This document shows positions 36,468-46,285 of a DNA stretch of 53,076 nucleotides, piece after piece; within the stretch, counting starts at the first letter, position 1, and the number at the start of each line of letters is the position of its first letter. The DNA lies in the IMG/VR virus record IMGVR_UViG_3300048065_000485, positions 1 to 53,076 of that record; one strand, given 5' to 3'. This DNA is from a virus. Lineage: Duplodnaviria > Caudoviricetes. The position numbers were made by a program, and so were the translations under genes. Below the pieces are notes generated by a model. That model saw only the letters and a program-made list of their open reading frames with translations, made no database searches and had not been told where the DNA came from.

Positions 36468-38153
36468 ATGGAAAGATTCCTTTATGAGAATATAATTAAA
36501 ATTGCAATCGTTATTACTTTACCACTTTGGACAGCCTATGCACTTGCTGAAGATGTAGAAGAAGTAATTGTTATTGCACAAGAAGTTAAGGCAACAGAAA
36601 CAGATTCACTTACTGATACAAAATTAATTACCAGTATTATGCCTGATGTTACTTACATAGCAGGAGGCTATGGAGGCAATGTTTTATTCAGAGAGCGAGG
36701 TACACAATCTGTACATACAGCAGTTTACAGAAATGGTATACCGCAAAATACACCTGGTTCAGGTTGGTATGACTTTGCACATGATATTGTATCAGGGGAA
36801 GATGTTAAAGTAATTAGCGGAGCCAATAGTGTAATGTATGGCTCAGGAAGTATTGGTGGTACAGTTTTAATAAAAGACTTAATTAAGAAAGGTGTAACAG
36901 GCAGACTTGGTAATCAGTCACATAGATATATTTCAGTAGCACCTACAAACTGGATGCAAATTACAGATTTTTCTGTAAAACAAAATGCTAGAAATGATAA
37001 CGAAGAAGAAGACACTTATGAAAATACCAGTGCAAAAATTATTGCAGATGCAGGTGACTTTACATTGTATGTTACTTCAACTGATTATGCTTATGATTAT
37101 GATAATTGCTTCACAGCAGAGTTTACACAAAGTAATGATTGCTTACAGGACGGTGAAAGATTTACAGTAAGTATTAGAAATGAATACTTTACTATAGGTA
37201 GATCAGAAGATAAAGCAGAATATTTTACTGAGGGTGTTAGTACATATCAAAATGAAAGTAGCAGAGACTTTTTTAGAGTAGGCGATACAGTAAAGTTATC
37301 TAACTTATTGGATGTTACTTATGGTGTTGATGGTAGCAAAGATCAATACATGGAACAAGAACAAGACAACTACGGTGCCTTTTTAAGTGTAAATGCCAAG
37401 TTCGCCTTAGAATATAACTTTGGTATTAGATACGGAAACAATGATCAAAATGCTGTAAGATTAGGTATTGCAAAAGATCAGTTCTTTTTTAATGTAGGAA
37501 CTAGTTATAGGAGACCTAACTTATATGAACTTTATGGTGATGCCTTTGTAGATCCTAATGAAGAATTACTTCCAGAGGAAGGAGTTGGATATGAAATAGG
37601 ATTTGGTGCCATCAGTATTTTTAAATACGAATTTGAAGAAGCAATAGAATATACTGCACCATATTCAGAAACAGTATTGGTTGCACCTGCTACATTTGAT
37701 GCAGAAGGAAATCTTTTAACTGAACAAATAAATGAAGAAATTTATTATAATGCAAAATATAATAATTCAGGTGCTTATGATACTCAGGGTATTAGATTTG
37801 CTAATACATGGGGACCTTTTAGTATAAATCTAAAAGTAAATGACACAGATCAAACTAGAATACCAGAGTATGTTGGTGTTATTACATGGGATCAGATGTT
37901 TAAAGATATAAATTATAAAGTACAATATTCAGGGCAGTTTGATAGAGCACCTGGACCTTATGATGTTCTTTCAGAAGAGCAAGAATTTTTAGAAGATCTC
38001 ACAAAACTTAGTGTGTATATTACAAAAAGATTTACTAATGGAATGAATTTAAACTTTGCAATAGACAACATTACTGATGAGGAAGTTGAAGTGTTACCAT
38101 ACTACAATAACCAAGGCAGACAAATTAACTTGACAATACAATACAATTGGTAG
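36468..38153 (+). CDS. TonB-dependent outer-membrane receptor (compact, BtuB-like architecture)
   Basis: Signal peptide, TonB-box-like EEVIV, plug motifs RG..S.HT.V..NG.P and VISGANSVMYGSGSIGG, barrel motifs SYRRPNL.ELYG, L.PE, IDNITD..., GR, terminal YNW. Confidence 0.88.
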   Translation: MERFLYENIIKIAIVITLPLWTAYALAEDVEEVIVIAQEVKATETDSLTDTKLITSIMPDVTYIAGGYGGNVLFRERGTQSVHTAVYRNGIPQNTPGSGWYDFAHDIVSGEDVKVISGANSVMYGSGSIGGTVLIKDLIKKGVTGRLGNQSHRYISVAPTNWMQITDFSVKQNARNDNEEEDTYENTSAKIIADAGDFTLYVTSTDYAYDYDNCFTAEFTQSNDCLQDGERFTVSIRNEYFTIGRSEDKAEYFTEGVSTYQNESSRDFFRVGDTVKLSNLLDVTYGVDGSKDQYMEQEQDNYGAFLSVNAKFALEYNFGIRYGNNDQNAVRLGIAKDQFFFNVGTSYRRPNLYELYGDAFVDPNEELLPEEGVGYEIGFGAISIFKYEFEEAIEYTAPYSETVLVAPATFDAEGNLLTEQINEEIYYNAKYNNSGAYDTQGIRFANTWGPFSINLKVNDTDQTRIPEYVGVITWDQMFKDINYKVQYSGQFDRAPGPYDVLSEEQEFLEDLTKLSVYITKRFTNGMNLNFAIDNITDEEVEVLPYYNNQGRQINLTIQYNW

Positions 38154-38159
38154 TATAAT
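38130..38159 (+). promoter_or_regulatory. Sigma70-type promoter overlapping the end of the receptor gene
   Basis: TTGACA, 18-nt spacer, TATAAT, 5 nt before the uvsW ATG. Confidence 0.6.
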
Positions 38160-38164
38160 AACTT

Positions 38165-39622
38165 ATGGCAAAATGTGTTTTAGAAATTAGAGACGAAGTA
38201 AATGTTCGTTTCACAGGACTTGATGTAAAAGCAAGACGTAAAATTTCTGATGCTTGTAAATATTTCCTTCCTTACGCATATCATATGCCTGCTTACAAAT
38301 TAGGTAGATGGGACGGTTGTGTTAGGTACTGTGATATAGGTGGCAGAACATATTTTCATTTATTAGATAAACTTGTTCCTATTATTACTGAAGAAGGTTA
38401 TGATATTGAAATAAAAGATATGCGTAAAGCATGGGAATTTAAGTTTGATCAAGTAACGCAATCAAGTTATGAGCATGTTGCTTGGCCTAAGAAACATCCT
38501 GCAGAAGGACAACCTGTAATATTAAGGGATTATCAAGTAGATATTGTTAATAGATTTTTAGAAAATACACAATGTTTACAAGAGATTGCCACAGGTGCAG
38601 GTAAAACAATTATAACTGCTGTATTAAGTCACAAGTGTGAGCCCTATGGTAGAACAATAGTTATAGTTCCTAATAAAGATTTGGTTGTACAAACAGAAAA
38701 AGACTATAAGAATTTAGGATTAGATGTGGGTGTTTTATATGGTGATAGAAAAGAATATGATAAAACGCATACAATTTGTACTTGGCAAAGTTTAAGTATA
38801 TTAGAAAAGAAAAGTAAAAACTATGAAGCAGACTTTCCTATAGATGAATTCTTGGAAGACGTTGCGTGTATTATGGTAGACGAAGTACATAAGGCTAAAG
38901 CAGACGTTTTAAGAAATTTACTTAGTGGAGTATTTGCTCATGTTCCAATTAGATGGGGATTAACAGGAACCATTCCTAAAGATGAATATGAAGCAGTAGG
39001 TTGTACTTGTAGTTTAGGTCCTGTAATTGGAAAAATGAGTAGTAAAGAATTACAAGATATGGGTGTATTAGCAGATTTAGATATCAGTATTTTACAATTA
39101 CAAGATGGTATGATTGAATTTGGGGGATATGCACAAGAACTTAAATGGCTCGTAACAGACCCTAAAAGAATTGAACAGTTATCTAAAATAATTAATGGAT
39201 TTGCAGAAAATGGAAATACATTAGTTCTTATAGATAGAATTAAAACAGGAGAAATGTTAGCAGAAGATAATCCAGATTGGGTATTTGTATCAGGTTCTAT
39301 GAAGCAAAAAGATAGACAAGATAATTATGATGACGTTTCAGAAATGGACAATAAAGTTATTGTTGCTACATATGGCGTAGCGGCGGTAGGAATAAACATT
39401 CCTAGGATCTTTAATTTAATATTAATAGAGCCAGGAAAAAGTTTTGTGAGAGTAATACAAAGTATTGGAAGAGGTATTAGAAAGGCACAGGACAAAGATT
39501 ACGTTAATGTTGTAGACATTACTAGTAATTTAAAATATAGTAAAAGGCATTTAACAAAAAGAAAGGCCTTTTATCGAGAGCAGAATTTTAGACATTCAGT
39601 AACTAAGGTGGAATATAAATGA
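38165..39622 (+). CDS. uvsW: SF2 DNA helicase UvsW-like
   Basis: LRDYQ, ATGAGKT, DEVH, GLTGT, GINIP, QSIGRGIR. Confidence 0.9.
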   Translation: MAKCVLEIRDEVNVRFTGLDVKARRKISDACKYFLPYAYHMPAYKLGRWDGCVRYCDIGGRTYFHLLDKLVPIITEEGYDIEIKDMRKAWEFKFDQVTQSSYEHVAWPKKHPAEGQPVILRDYQVDIVNRFLENTQCLQEIATGAGKTIITAVLSHKCEPYGRTIVIVPNKDLVVQTEKDYKNLGLDVGVLYGDRKEYDKTHTICTWQSLSILEKKSKNYEADFPIDEFLEDVACIMVDEVHKAKADVLRNLLSGVFAHVPIRWGLTGTIPKDEYEAVGCTCSLGPVIGKMSSKELQDMGVLADLDISILQLQDGMIEFGGYAQELKWLVTDPKRIEQLSKIINGFAENGNTLVLIDRIKTGEMLAEDNPDWVFVSGSMKQKDRQDNYDDVSEMDNKVIVATYGVAAVGINIPRIFNLILIEPGKSFVRVIQSIGRGIRKAQDKDYVNVVDITSNLKYSKRHLTKRKAFYREQNFRHSVTKVEYK

Positions 39623-40119
39623 AAATACTTACAGTAGAAAATAATACATACGATATAGATTGCGTACCTGATGAAATAGATGATATCAGGTATTGTGTTT
39701 TAGATGGAGCAGACCCAGAGTGGGTAGACTTCTATTTCTTACCTTTAATTTTTTTAGAGAGTTTTCATGCTCCTGCTATTTGTTTGCAGATTGGAGAGTT
39801 TAATATCCAAATGCCAATGGATTGGAGTGTGTTGTTATGTGATGAAGATTTTGATAGTGTAGAAACACTTCCATTAGCAAGTCTTAATAATAGAGAATTT
39901 AGAGCATTAGTTATGAATCCTCTTACAAGTAGACTGCCTAACAGTGAACCTATACAAATTACAAATGTTTATCAAGATGTAAAATGGTTTTTTCCTAAAC
40001 TTAAAAATGGACACTTATTATCAGTTCCATTAGAGTCAGGAGACAATCCACAATGTGCTTTGTTTGTTAAAGATGCAAATAAGGTAAAAGATATTGAAGT
40101 TGCTGATTTAATTAGTTAG
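39619..40119 (+). CDS. Hypothetical protein
   Basis: ATGA-coupled 166-aa ORF. Confidence 0.75.
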   Translation: MKILTVENNTYDIDCVPDEIDDIRYCVLDGADPEWVDFYFLPLIFLESFHAPAICLQIGEFNIQMPMDWSVLLCDEDFDSVETLPLASLNNREFRALVMNPLTSRLPNSEPIQITNVYQDVKWFFPKLKNGHLLSVPLESGDNPQCALFVKDANKVKDIEVADLIS

Positions 40120-40128
40120 GAGGATAAC

Positions 40129-40899
40129 ATGGCAAAACATAGATATAGAATAGAAGGTGGCAGATATGGAGGCGAACTTGTCTTAGGAGAAGTTAATCCT
40201 GCATTTGCTAGTTATTATGCAGATAAACAAGATGAACTTGTAGATGCAGTATTAGAATCAGAAGATTGGGAACCAGAAGAAGAGGTAGATTCTGATGCAT
40301 TATTAGACCCAGAAGGTATTCCACACCCTGCAATGCCAGGTGAAGATTTTTATATGTGGGAAAATGATGAATTTGAACACATTAATAGTGCCTATGCAGA
40401 TGGAGGTTTTACAGTATACGAAGTTCCAGCGGATGGTTCTGATGATTGGGACTATGATAAAGAAGTATATGAAGGAGAAGCCATTCATGTATATGGCAGA
40501 GAAGGTGGGTATTTTAGCACAGAAGATGAGCCAGAAGTCTTAAACGAAGAAGATGCAGACGGTAACAAGTATGTGCCTGTATTAGCATTTCATAGTTCAG
40601 AGAAAGGCGGCTTTGGTGCTTGGTTTGTGGAAACAGATGAACCTTTTGATGAATTTAAATTAGGATATGGTGTTGTAGAAACAAATTTAGCCGAATTTGT
40701 TGATGCTGTATATTATGATAAGGTAGAATTAGATTGTGATTACGATTATAATGATACAACCGGTAAAAGTTATGATGCACAAGTAGGTTGGTTAAATACT
40801 AAGTGGCATGACAGTATGGAAAACATACAAGAGAACTTAGATGAATATCTTGCAGAGTTTGAAGAAAATGCAGAATGGGAACGTGAAAATAGGGAATAA
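40129..40899 (+). CDS. Highly acidic hypothetical protein
   Basis: AGGAGG SD; D/E-rich throughout. Confidence 0.75.
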   Translation: MAKHRYRIEGGRYGGELVLGEVNPAFASYYADKQDELVDAVLESEDWEPEEEVDSDALLDPEGIPHPAMPGEDFYMWENDEFEHINSAYADGGFTVYEVPADGSDDWDYDKEVYEGEAIHVYGREGGYFSTEDEPEVLNEEDADGNKYVPVLAFHSSEKGGFGAWFVETDEPFDEFKLGYGVVETNLAEFVDAVYYDKVELDCDYDYNDTTGKSYDAQVGWLNTKWHDSMENIQENLDEYLAEFEENAEWERENRE

Positions 40900-41706
40900 A
40901 TGAGACGAGTATTAATATGCGGCCTGCCAGGTTCAGGCAAAACGACATTGGCAAAAAGACTATGTGAAATTATAGATAATGCTGATTGGTATAATGCTGA
41001 TGATATCAGAGAAAAATTTAATGATTGGGACTTCTCACCTGAAGGTAGAGAGCGTCAAATGAAACGTATGCAGGACTATGTAAGAAAAAGTTGTGCAAAG
41101 GGTAGATATGGAATTGCAGATTTTGTTTGCCCAACACATGAATTACAAGAAGCATTTATGCCTGAGTATGTAATCTTTATGGATACTATTAAAGAAGGTA
41201 GATTCGAGGATACTAACAAGATATTTGAAAGTCCTATCGATCAAGCATCTTATGAAGTTGATGCACATATTACTGAAGACGAATGGTGGACAGAGGAATC
41301 TATAGATCAGTGGGCTAGATTAATTGCTGTTGATTTAAAGGATTGGGAGTTTCAACCTAAACAGCCTGTTACACAAATGCTTGGAAGATTTCAACCTTGG
41401 CATGAAGGACATCAAAAATTATTTGAAAGAGCATTGGCAAAACATGGCCAAGTTGCGGTGATGGTTAGAGATATGCCTATTACACAAGACAACCCATGGC
41501 AAGTAGATGATATTTGTAAAAATATAGAAATAGAACTGGCTGAATTTGCTGGTAAGTTTAGAGTTTATAGTGTTCCTAACATTATGAATATTACTTATGG
41601 TAGAGGAGTAGGCTATAAAATTGAAGAAGAAGTTTTAGATGAGGAAACACAAAAAATTAGTGCAACCAAAATCAGAGAACAAATGAGAAAGGATGGAGAA
41701 CTATAA
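40900..41706 (+). CDS. APS-kinase-like P-loop kinase fused to an HxGH nucleotidyltransferase
   Basis: GLPGSGKT, NAD.IR...NDWDFS.EGR, FE.P; then GRFQPWHEGH and ISATKIR. Confidence 0.85.
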   Translation: MRRVLICGLPGSGKTTLAKRLCEIIDNADWYNADDIREKFNDWDFSPEGRERQMKRMQDYVRKSCAKGRYGIADFVCPTHELQEAFMPEYVIFMDTIKEGRFEDTNKIFESPIDQASYEVDAHITEDEWWTEESIDQWARLIAVDLKDWEFQPKQPVTQMLGRFQPWHEGHQKLFERALAKHGQVAVMVRDMPITQDNPWQVDDICKNIEIELAEFAGKFRVYSVPNIMNITYGRGVGYKIEEEVLDEETQKISATKIREQMRKDGEL

Positions 41707-41947
41707 CCATCCTGCTTATTCGAGGTACCCACATTTGAAGAACCCTACCGAGGCAGAACATACACCTTGGAAAAAATGGTTTGCTTGGAAGCCTGTAACA
41801 TTACTATCTGGAAAGATAGTGTGGTTACAAAATGTGTATAAAAGAGAAAGGACGGTGCAATGGGTACCTCCTGCTTTCCCTGAAGGAGCATTCGATGGTA
41901 TTGAATATTCTACTTGGGAAGACATAATGGAAAACAAATTTAAATAA
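41693..41947 (+). CDS. Hypothetical protein
   Basis: 84-aa ORF with a W..WFAW.PV motif. Confidence 0.65.
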   Translation: MENYNHPAYSRYPHLKNPTEAEHTPWKKWFAWKPVTLLSGKIVWLQNVYKRERTVQWVPPAFPEGAFDGIEYSTWEDIMENKFK

Positions 41948-41959
41948 GGAAAACAAAAT

Positions 41960-43078
41960 ATGTATCAATTTACAAGTGAAAGTGTCAGCGAAGGACATCC
42001 AGATAAAGTTGCTGATTTAATATCAGATCACATAGCACAATGGTTAATTAATCATAATTCTAATAATAGAGCCGCAGTAGAAACATTAGTTACTACAAAT
42101 ACTGTAATAATAGCAGGAGAATATAAAACTGATAGAGAAGAAGATGTAGAGGAATCAGTTAGAGGTATTGTAATTGATACTGTCAAGCAACTAGGTTATG
42201 AACAAGAAGGATTTCATTGGGACAAATTAAATATAGAATATTACTTACATGGGCAAAGTTCAGATATAGCATTAGGTACTGATAACTTTGGTGCAGGTGA
42301 TCAAGGTATTATGTTTGGATATGCAAATAGGGAAACAGAAAATTACATGCCTTTTGCAATATCGTATTCGCATAAGATATTACAAGAACTATCTAATAGG
42401 AGAAAATCTAATTCAAAATATAAAGGTATAATTTTACCTGACAGTAAGTGTCAGTTGACAGTAAATTATGGAGCACCAAATACACCTTTAGATATTAACA
42501 ATGTCGTAGTCAGTACTCAACATCATGCAGAAGCGACACAACAGCAGGTCGAAGATTTAGTAAGGGAAGTTGTAAAAGATGTTGTTCCTAAAGAGTTTTT
42601 AACAGAAAAAACAAATTACCAAATTAATCCTACAGGCAGATTTGTTATTGGTGGACCTGACGGAGATACAGGTTTAACAGGAAGAAAAATTGTTGTAGAT
42701 ACTTATGGTGGATATGCTCCGCATGGCGGTGGTGCTTTTTCAGGTAAGGATTTTACAAAAGTAGATAGAAGTGCGGCATATATGGCTAGATGGATAGCAA
42801 AGAATATTGTTCATAAATATGATTTACAAGAATGTTTAGTACAATTAAGTTATGTGATAGGAATAGAGGAACCGTCATCATTGTTAATATATGCAAATGG
42901 TGAACTTAGATTAGATTTAATGAACTTAATTAGAAAGGAAGTTGATTTAACACCTAAAGGAATTATAGAATGGTTAGGATTATTAAATGTAATATTACCT
43001 GACACCACAAATTACGGACATTTTGGTAAAGAACCTACTGGCAATAGTTTAATAACCTGGGAAGAATATACATTATGA
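41960..43078 (+). CDS. metK: S-adenosylmethionine synthetase
   Basis: FTSESVSEGHPDK, GAGDQG, GGPDGDTGLTGRK, GGGAFSGKD. Confidence 0.97.
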   Translation: MYQFTSESVSEGHPDKVADLISDHIAQWLINHNSNNRAAVETLVTTNTVIIAGEYKTDREEDVEESVRGIVIDTVKQLGYEQEGFHWDKLNIEYYLHGQSSDIALGTDNFGAGDQGIMFGYANRETENYMPFAISYSHKILQELSNRRKSNSKYKGIILPDSKCQLTVNYGAPNTPLDINNVVVSTQHHAEATQQQVEDLVREVVKDVVPKEFLTEKTNYQINPTGRFVIGGPDGDTGLTGRKIVVDTYGGYAPHGGGAFSGKDFTKVDRSAAYMARWIAKNIVHKYDLQECLVQLSYVIGIEEPSSLLIYANGELRLDLMNLIRKEVDLTPKGIIEWLGLLNVILPDTTNYGHFGKEPTGNSLITWEEYTL

Positions 43079-43620
43079 TTTTAAATTTTAAAGACTCAAT
43101 AAGAACAGTACCAGACTTTCCTATAGAAGGAATACAGTTCAGGGACATTACAAGCATGTTAGAAAGCCCACATGCGTTCAACAAAGCATGTGTTGACCTT
43201 ACTAAAGTATGTATGCAATTTGATGCTACTAAAATTGTTGCAATAGAAAGTAGAGGATTTATTTTTGGCTCTCCTATAGCAAGAGATATGGAATTACCCT
43301 TAATATTAGCAAGGAAACCAGGTAAGTTACCCAACCCCACCTATCAAAGAAGTTATAAACTAGAGTATGGAGAATCAACTTTACATATTCAACGAAATTC
43401 TGATATAAACTCTAAAGATAAAATTGTTATAGTAGATGACTTAATTGCTACAGGCGGAACAGCAAAGGCATTAGCAAGTTTGATAGCACAATGTTGGAAA
43501 GTACCTAAAGAAAATATTTTAATTTTAGCCGTTATAGACTTGCCCGATTTAGAAGGAAGTGCTATAATAGAGAAAGAAGGATATAATGTTGAGACACTAA
43601 TTGAATTTGAAGGAAAATAA
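43075..43620 (+). CDS. apt: Adenine phosphoribosyltransferase
   Basis: PDFP..GI.FRDI, IESRGF, RKPGKLP, LEYG, VDDLIATGGT. Confidence 0.95.
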   Translation: MILNFKDSIRTVPDFPIEGIQFRDITSMLESPHAFNKACVDLTKVCMQFDATKIVAIESRGFIFGSPIARDMELPLILARKPGKLPNPTYQRSYKLEYGESTLHIQRNSDINSKDKIVIVDDLIATGGTAKALASLIAQCWKVPKENILILAVIDLPDLEGSAIIEKEGYNVETLIEFEGK

Positions 43621-44102
43621 TGTCACCTAAAAAGAATCCAGCCCTACCTTTAAAAGATGTAATGGCGGCAATAGATAAAAAAGATAGAAATTTTTATACT
43701 AATCTTAGTGCTGAACAAAAGAAGGCATTTAGTGCCTGGATGATGATGAGATATTGCAGTAGTGTACAAGGTAGAGATGCCGCAAATTATATCTATATGA
43801 CAAATGAATTACTTAATAGATATCATAAAGTTGAATATAAGGTCCCACAACATCCTGAATTACAATGGTTATTATTTACTGCATGTGGAGTAGGTAAGGT
43901 ACAATTTCATCCTTTTTTAAAACCGCCTAATGCAAAGAAGAAAAATAATAAAGTATTTGACTTTATATACAGTATATATCCACATATGAAATCAGAGGAT
44001 ATTAATAATTTAATAGAAATAAACAGTAAAGAAGAACTTAAAGAATTAGCAGAAGCACACGGATACGATGACAAATCAATTAGAGAAATCTTTGGAAAAT
44101 AA
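43620..44102 (+). CDS. Possible clamp-loader small subunit (T4 gp62-like)
   Basis: FSAWMMMRY.S, HP.LQW, helical, in the replication block. Confidence 0.5.
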   Translation: MSPKKNPALPLKDVMAAIDKKDRNFYTNLSAEQKKAFSAWMMMRYCSSVQGRDAANYIYMTNELLNRYHKVEYKVPQHPELQWLLFTACGVGKVQFHPFLKPPNAKKKNNKVFDFIYSIYPHMKSEDINNLIEINSKEELKELAEAHGYDDKSIREIFGK

Positions 44103-44772
44103 TTTCACATGTAAATGGTGTGGAAAAAGTTTTAAGAGTGAACGAACTCTTAGTGTTCATATGTGTGTTAAGAAAAGACGTATGGCAGATAAGGATTTAA
44201 CACATACAAGATTAGGTTATAGAGTTTTTCAAATGTTTTATGAAATGAACACAGCGGCCACTAAATCAAAAACTTATGAAGATTTTGTAAAAAGCCAATA
44301 TTATGAAGGGTTTGTAAAGTTTGGTAGAAGTTGTGTAACAAACGAATATTTAAATCCAGAACAATTTGCAGAATGGCTTATAAAGGAAGGTAAAAAATTA
44401 GCAGATTGGCATAAGGATAGTCTTTATGACGAATTTTTATTAGTATATGTAAAAAAAGAACCTGGAATGAAGGCATTAGAAAGAACAATCATTTATCTTG
44501 ACAGTTGGGGTAAAGAAAATAATAAACCTTGGCAGGATTATTTTAAAGAGGTTACATCAGCAAGAGCAGTACATGATATAAGAAGTGCTAAAATATCTCC
44601 CTGGATGATATATCTTTGTAGATCTGGTGATGACTTATTAGTAAAATTTAGTGACGAACAGGTTAAAATGATAGAACATATTATAGATGCAACATTTTGG
44701 ATGAAACAGTTTGCAAATAATAAAGAAGAAGTAGCGGAAGTTAAAAATGCATGTGAGGTTGCAGGAATATGA
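44068..44772 (+). CDS. Hypothetical protein with an N-terminal zinc finger
   Basis: CKWCGKSF..ERTL..HMC. Confidence 0.7.
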   Translation: MTNQLEKSLENNFTCKWCGKSFKSERTLSVHMCVKKRRMADKDLTHTRLGYRVFQMFYEMNTAATKSKTYEDFVKSQYYEGFVKFGRSCVTNEYLNPEQFAEWLIKEGKKLADWHKDSLYDEFLLVYVKKEPGMKALERTIIYLDSWGKENNKPWQDYFKEVTSARAVHDIRSAKISPWMIYLCRSGDDLLVKFSDEQVKMIEHIIDATFWMKQFANNKEEVAEVKNACEVAGI

Positions 44773-45089
44773 AGGAGAATAGAATGGAAATGTGGGATAT
44801 GCCCGAATTAATTGAATTGACAGAAAAATGGCACGTTGATAGAAATCTTATTGATGGTGCAACTAGTAAAGATCAAGTATTAAAATTAATACAGGAAGTT
44901 GGAGAATTATCTGATAGTGTTTGTAAAGGTACAGACGTAAAAGATGATATTGGAGATTGTTTGGTAATATTAATCAATATTGCTAAAAGAGAAGGCACAA
45001 CATTAGAAGAATGTTTAAATGTTGCATATAATGATATCAAGGACAGAAAAGGTCGTATGGTAGATGGTATATTTGTTAAGGAAGAGTAA
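44769..45089 (+). CDS. MazG-like NTP pyrophosphohydrolase
   Basis: KL.QEVGEL, DDIGD, AYNDIKDRKG..VDG.FVKE. Confidence 0.85.
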   Translation: MKENRMEMWDMPELIELTEKWHVDRNLIDGATSKDQVLKLIQEVGELSDSVCKGTDVKDDIGDCLVILINIAKREGTTLEECLNVAYNDIKDRKGRMVDGIFVKEE

Positions 45090-45349
45090 TGAATAAAAAA
45101 CAAGAAATGTTAGTAATAACAATGGAAGAATGTGCTGAACTTAGTCAGGCATGTAGTAAACTAATTCGTTTTGAAGATGATCGCAGTGAACAAGACCTTG
45201 TAAACTTGCAAGATGAGATAGGTGATGTGATGTGTATGATTGATATTATGAAACATAGCGGACTTGTCAGTGAAGAACAAATTGAAGAACGCAAGAAAGT
45301 TAAAAAAGAAAAACTAATGAAGTGGAGTTTATTGTTCAGTGAAGATTGA
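45089..45349 (+). CDS. MazG-like NTP pyrophosphohydrolase
   Basis: MEECAEL.QA.SK..R, DEIGDV. Confidence 0.8.
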   Translation: MNKKQEMLVITMEECAELSQACSKLIRFEDDRSEQDLVNLQDEIGDVMCMIDIMKHSGLVSEEQIEERKKVKKEKLMKWSLLFSED

Positions 45350-45908
45350 TTTTGATGTAGATATCGATATGGCTAATAGAGATGACTTTCTCAAGTTAGT
45401 TAATCATACACCTGCAAGTATTGAAAAAGATAGTAACTTTACTAAACATAATACTGGTGTCTACTTTCAAAATATTCCTAAGTTTCCTTTAGAAGGTTAC
45501 AGTACAATAGATCATAAACAAGCAGAAGAAGATGGATGGTTTAAAGTAGACTTTCTTAATAATCATATATACGAAAATATTATAGATGAAACACATCTTG
45601 ATAAACTAATAGCAACTGAGCCTATGTGGGAATTGTTTACACACAAGGAAGTTGTTGAAAAATTATTTCATATAAGCAATCATTGGGATATTGTTAAACA
45701 ACATCCTCCTAAAAGTCTTGAACAACTAGCAATGATACTTGCTATGATACGCCCAGGTAAAAGGCATTTGGTGGGAAAGGACTGGAAGGTTATTGAGGAA
45801 GATGTTTGGGTAAAACCAAATGATGATACTTACTTTTTCAAGAAGTCACATAGTTATGGATATGCTTTGGCTATAATTGTACAATTAAATTTATTGTGTG
45901 AAGATTAG
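45339..45908 (+). CDS. Miniature DNA polymerase III alpha (DnaE)-like protein
   Basis: DFDVDID, H.TGVY, FKVDFL, LAMIRPG, Y.FKKSHS.GYA in only 189 aa. Confidence 0.75.
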   Translation: MKIDFDVDIDMANRDDFLKLVNHTPASIEKDSNFTKHNTGVYFQNIPKFPLEGYSTIDHKQAEEDGWFKVDFLNNHIYENIIDETHLDKLIATEPMWELFTHKEVVEKLFHISNHWDIVKQHPPKSLEQLAMILAMIRPGKRHLVGKDWKVIEEDVWVKPNDDTYFFKKSHSYGYALAIIVQLNLLCED

Positions 45909-46285
45909 TCTATTTTTCTTACTAGTTGAATACCACGTCTTTTTATTCTCTTTTTAATTAAATTTTGTAAAGATGTCATAGGTCCAAATATAATTTCTAT
46001 ATCTTTCATTACAAAAGTTCTCAAAAGATTTTTATAAGGTTTCATTTCATGAAATAAAAATATATCTATTGGTAATTGTCTATTTGATTCCCACCACCAA
46101 GTCTCACCTAATTCTAAGAAATCTTTTTTTAATTCGTTATTAGGAATTTTATCTAAATCGTAGAATGTAAGTATACTGTTATCATGATTGATAACAATAC
46201 CTATGTATTCATTGTCACCATATTTGATGCCGGTCAAGAACGGATAACGTTCTTCTGTTTGTTTGATAAGTTCTTCTTTCTCCAC
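45905..46285 (-). CDS. Hypothetical protein
   Basis: ACTAAATA-GTTTT-GTG at 46285 gives MEKEELIKQ...; WWWESNR..PI motif; the track start at 46354 overlaps the divergent gene. Confidence 0.7.
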   Translation of the reverse strand: MEKEELIKQTEERYPFLTGIKYGDNEYIGIVINHDNSILTFYDLDKIPNNELKKDFLELGETWWWESNRQLPIDIFLFHEMKPYKNLLRTFVMKDIEIIFGPMTSLQNLIKKRIKRRGIQLVRKID

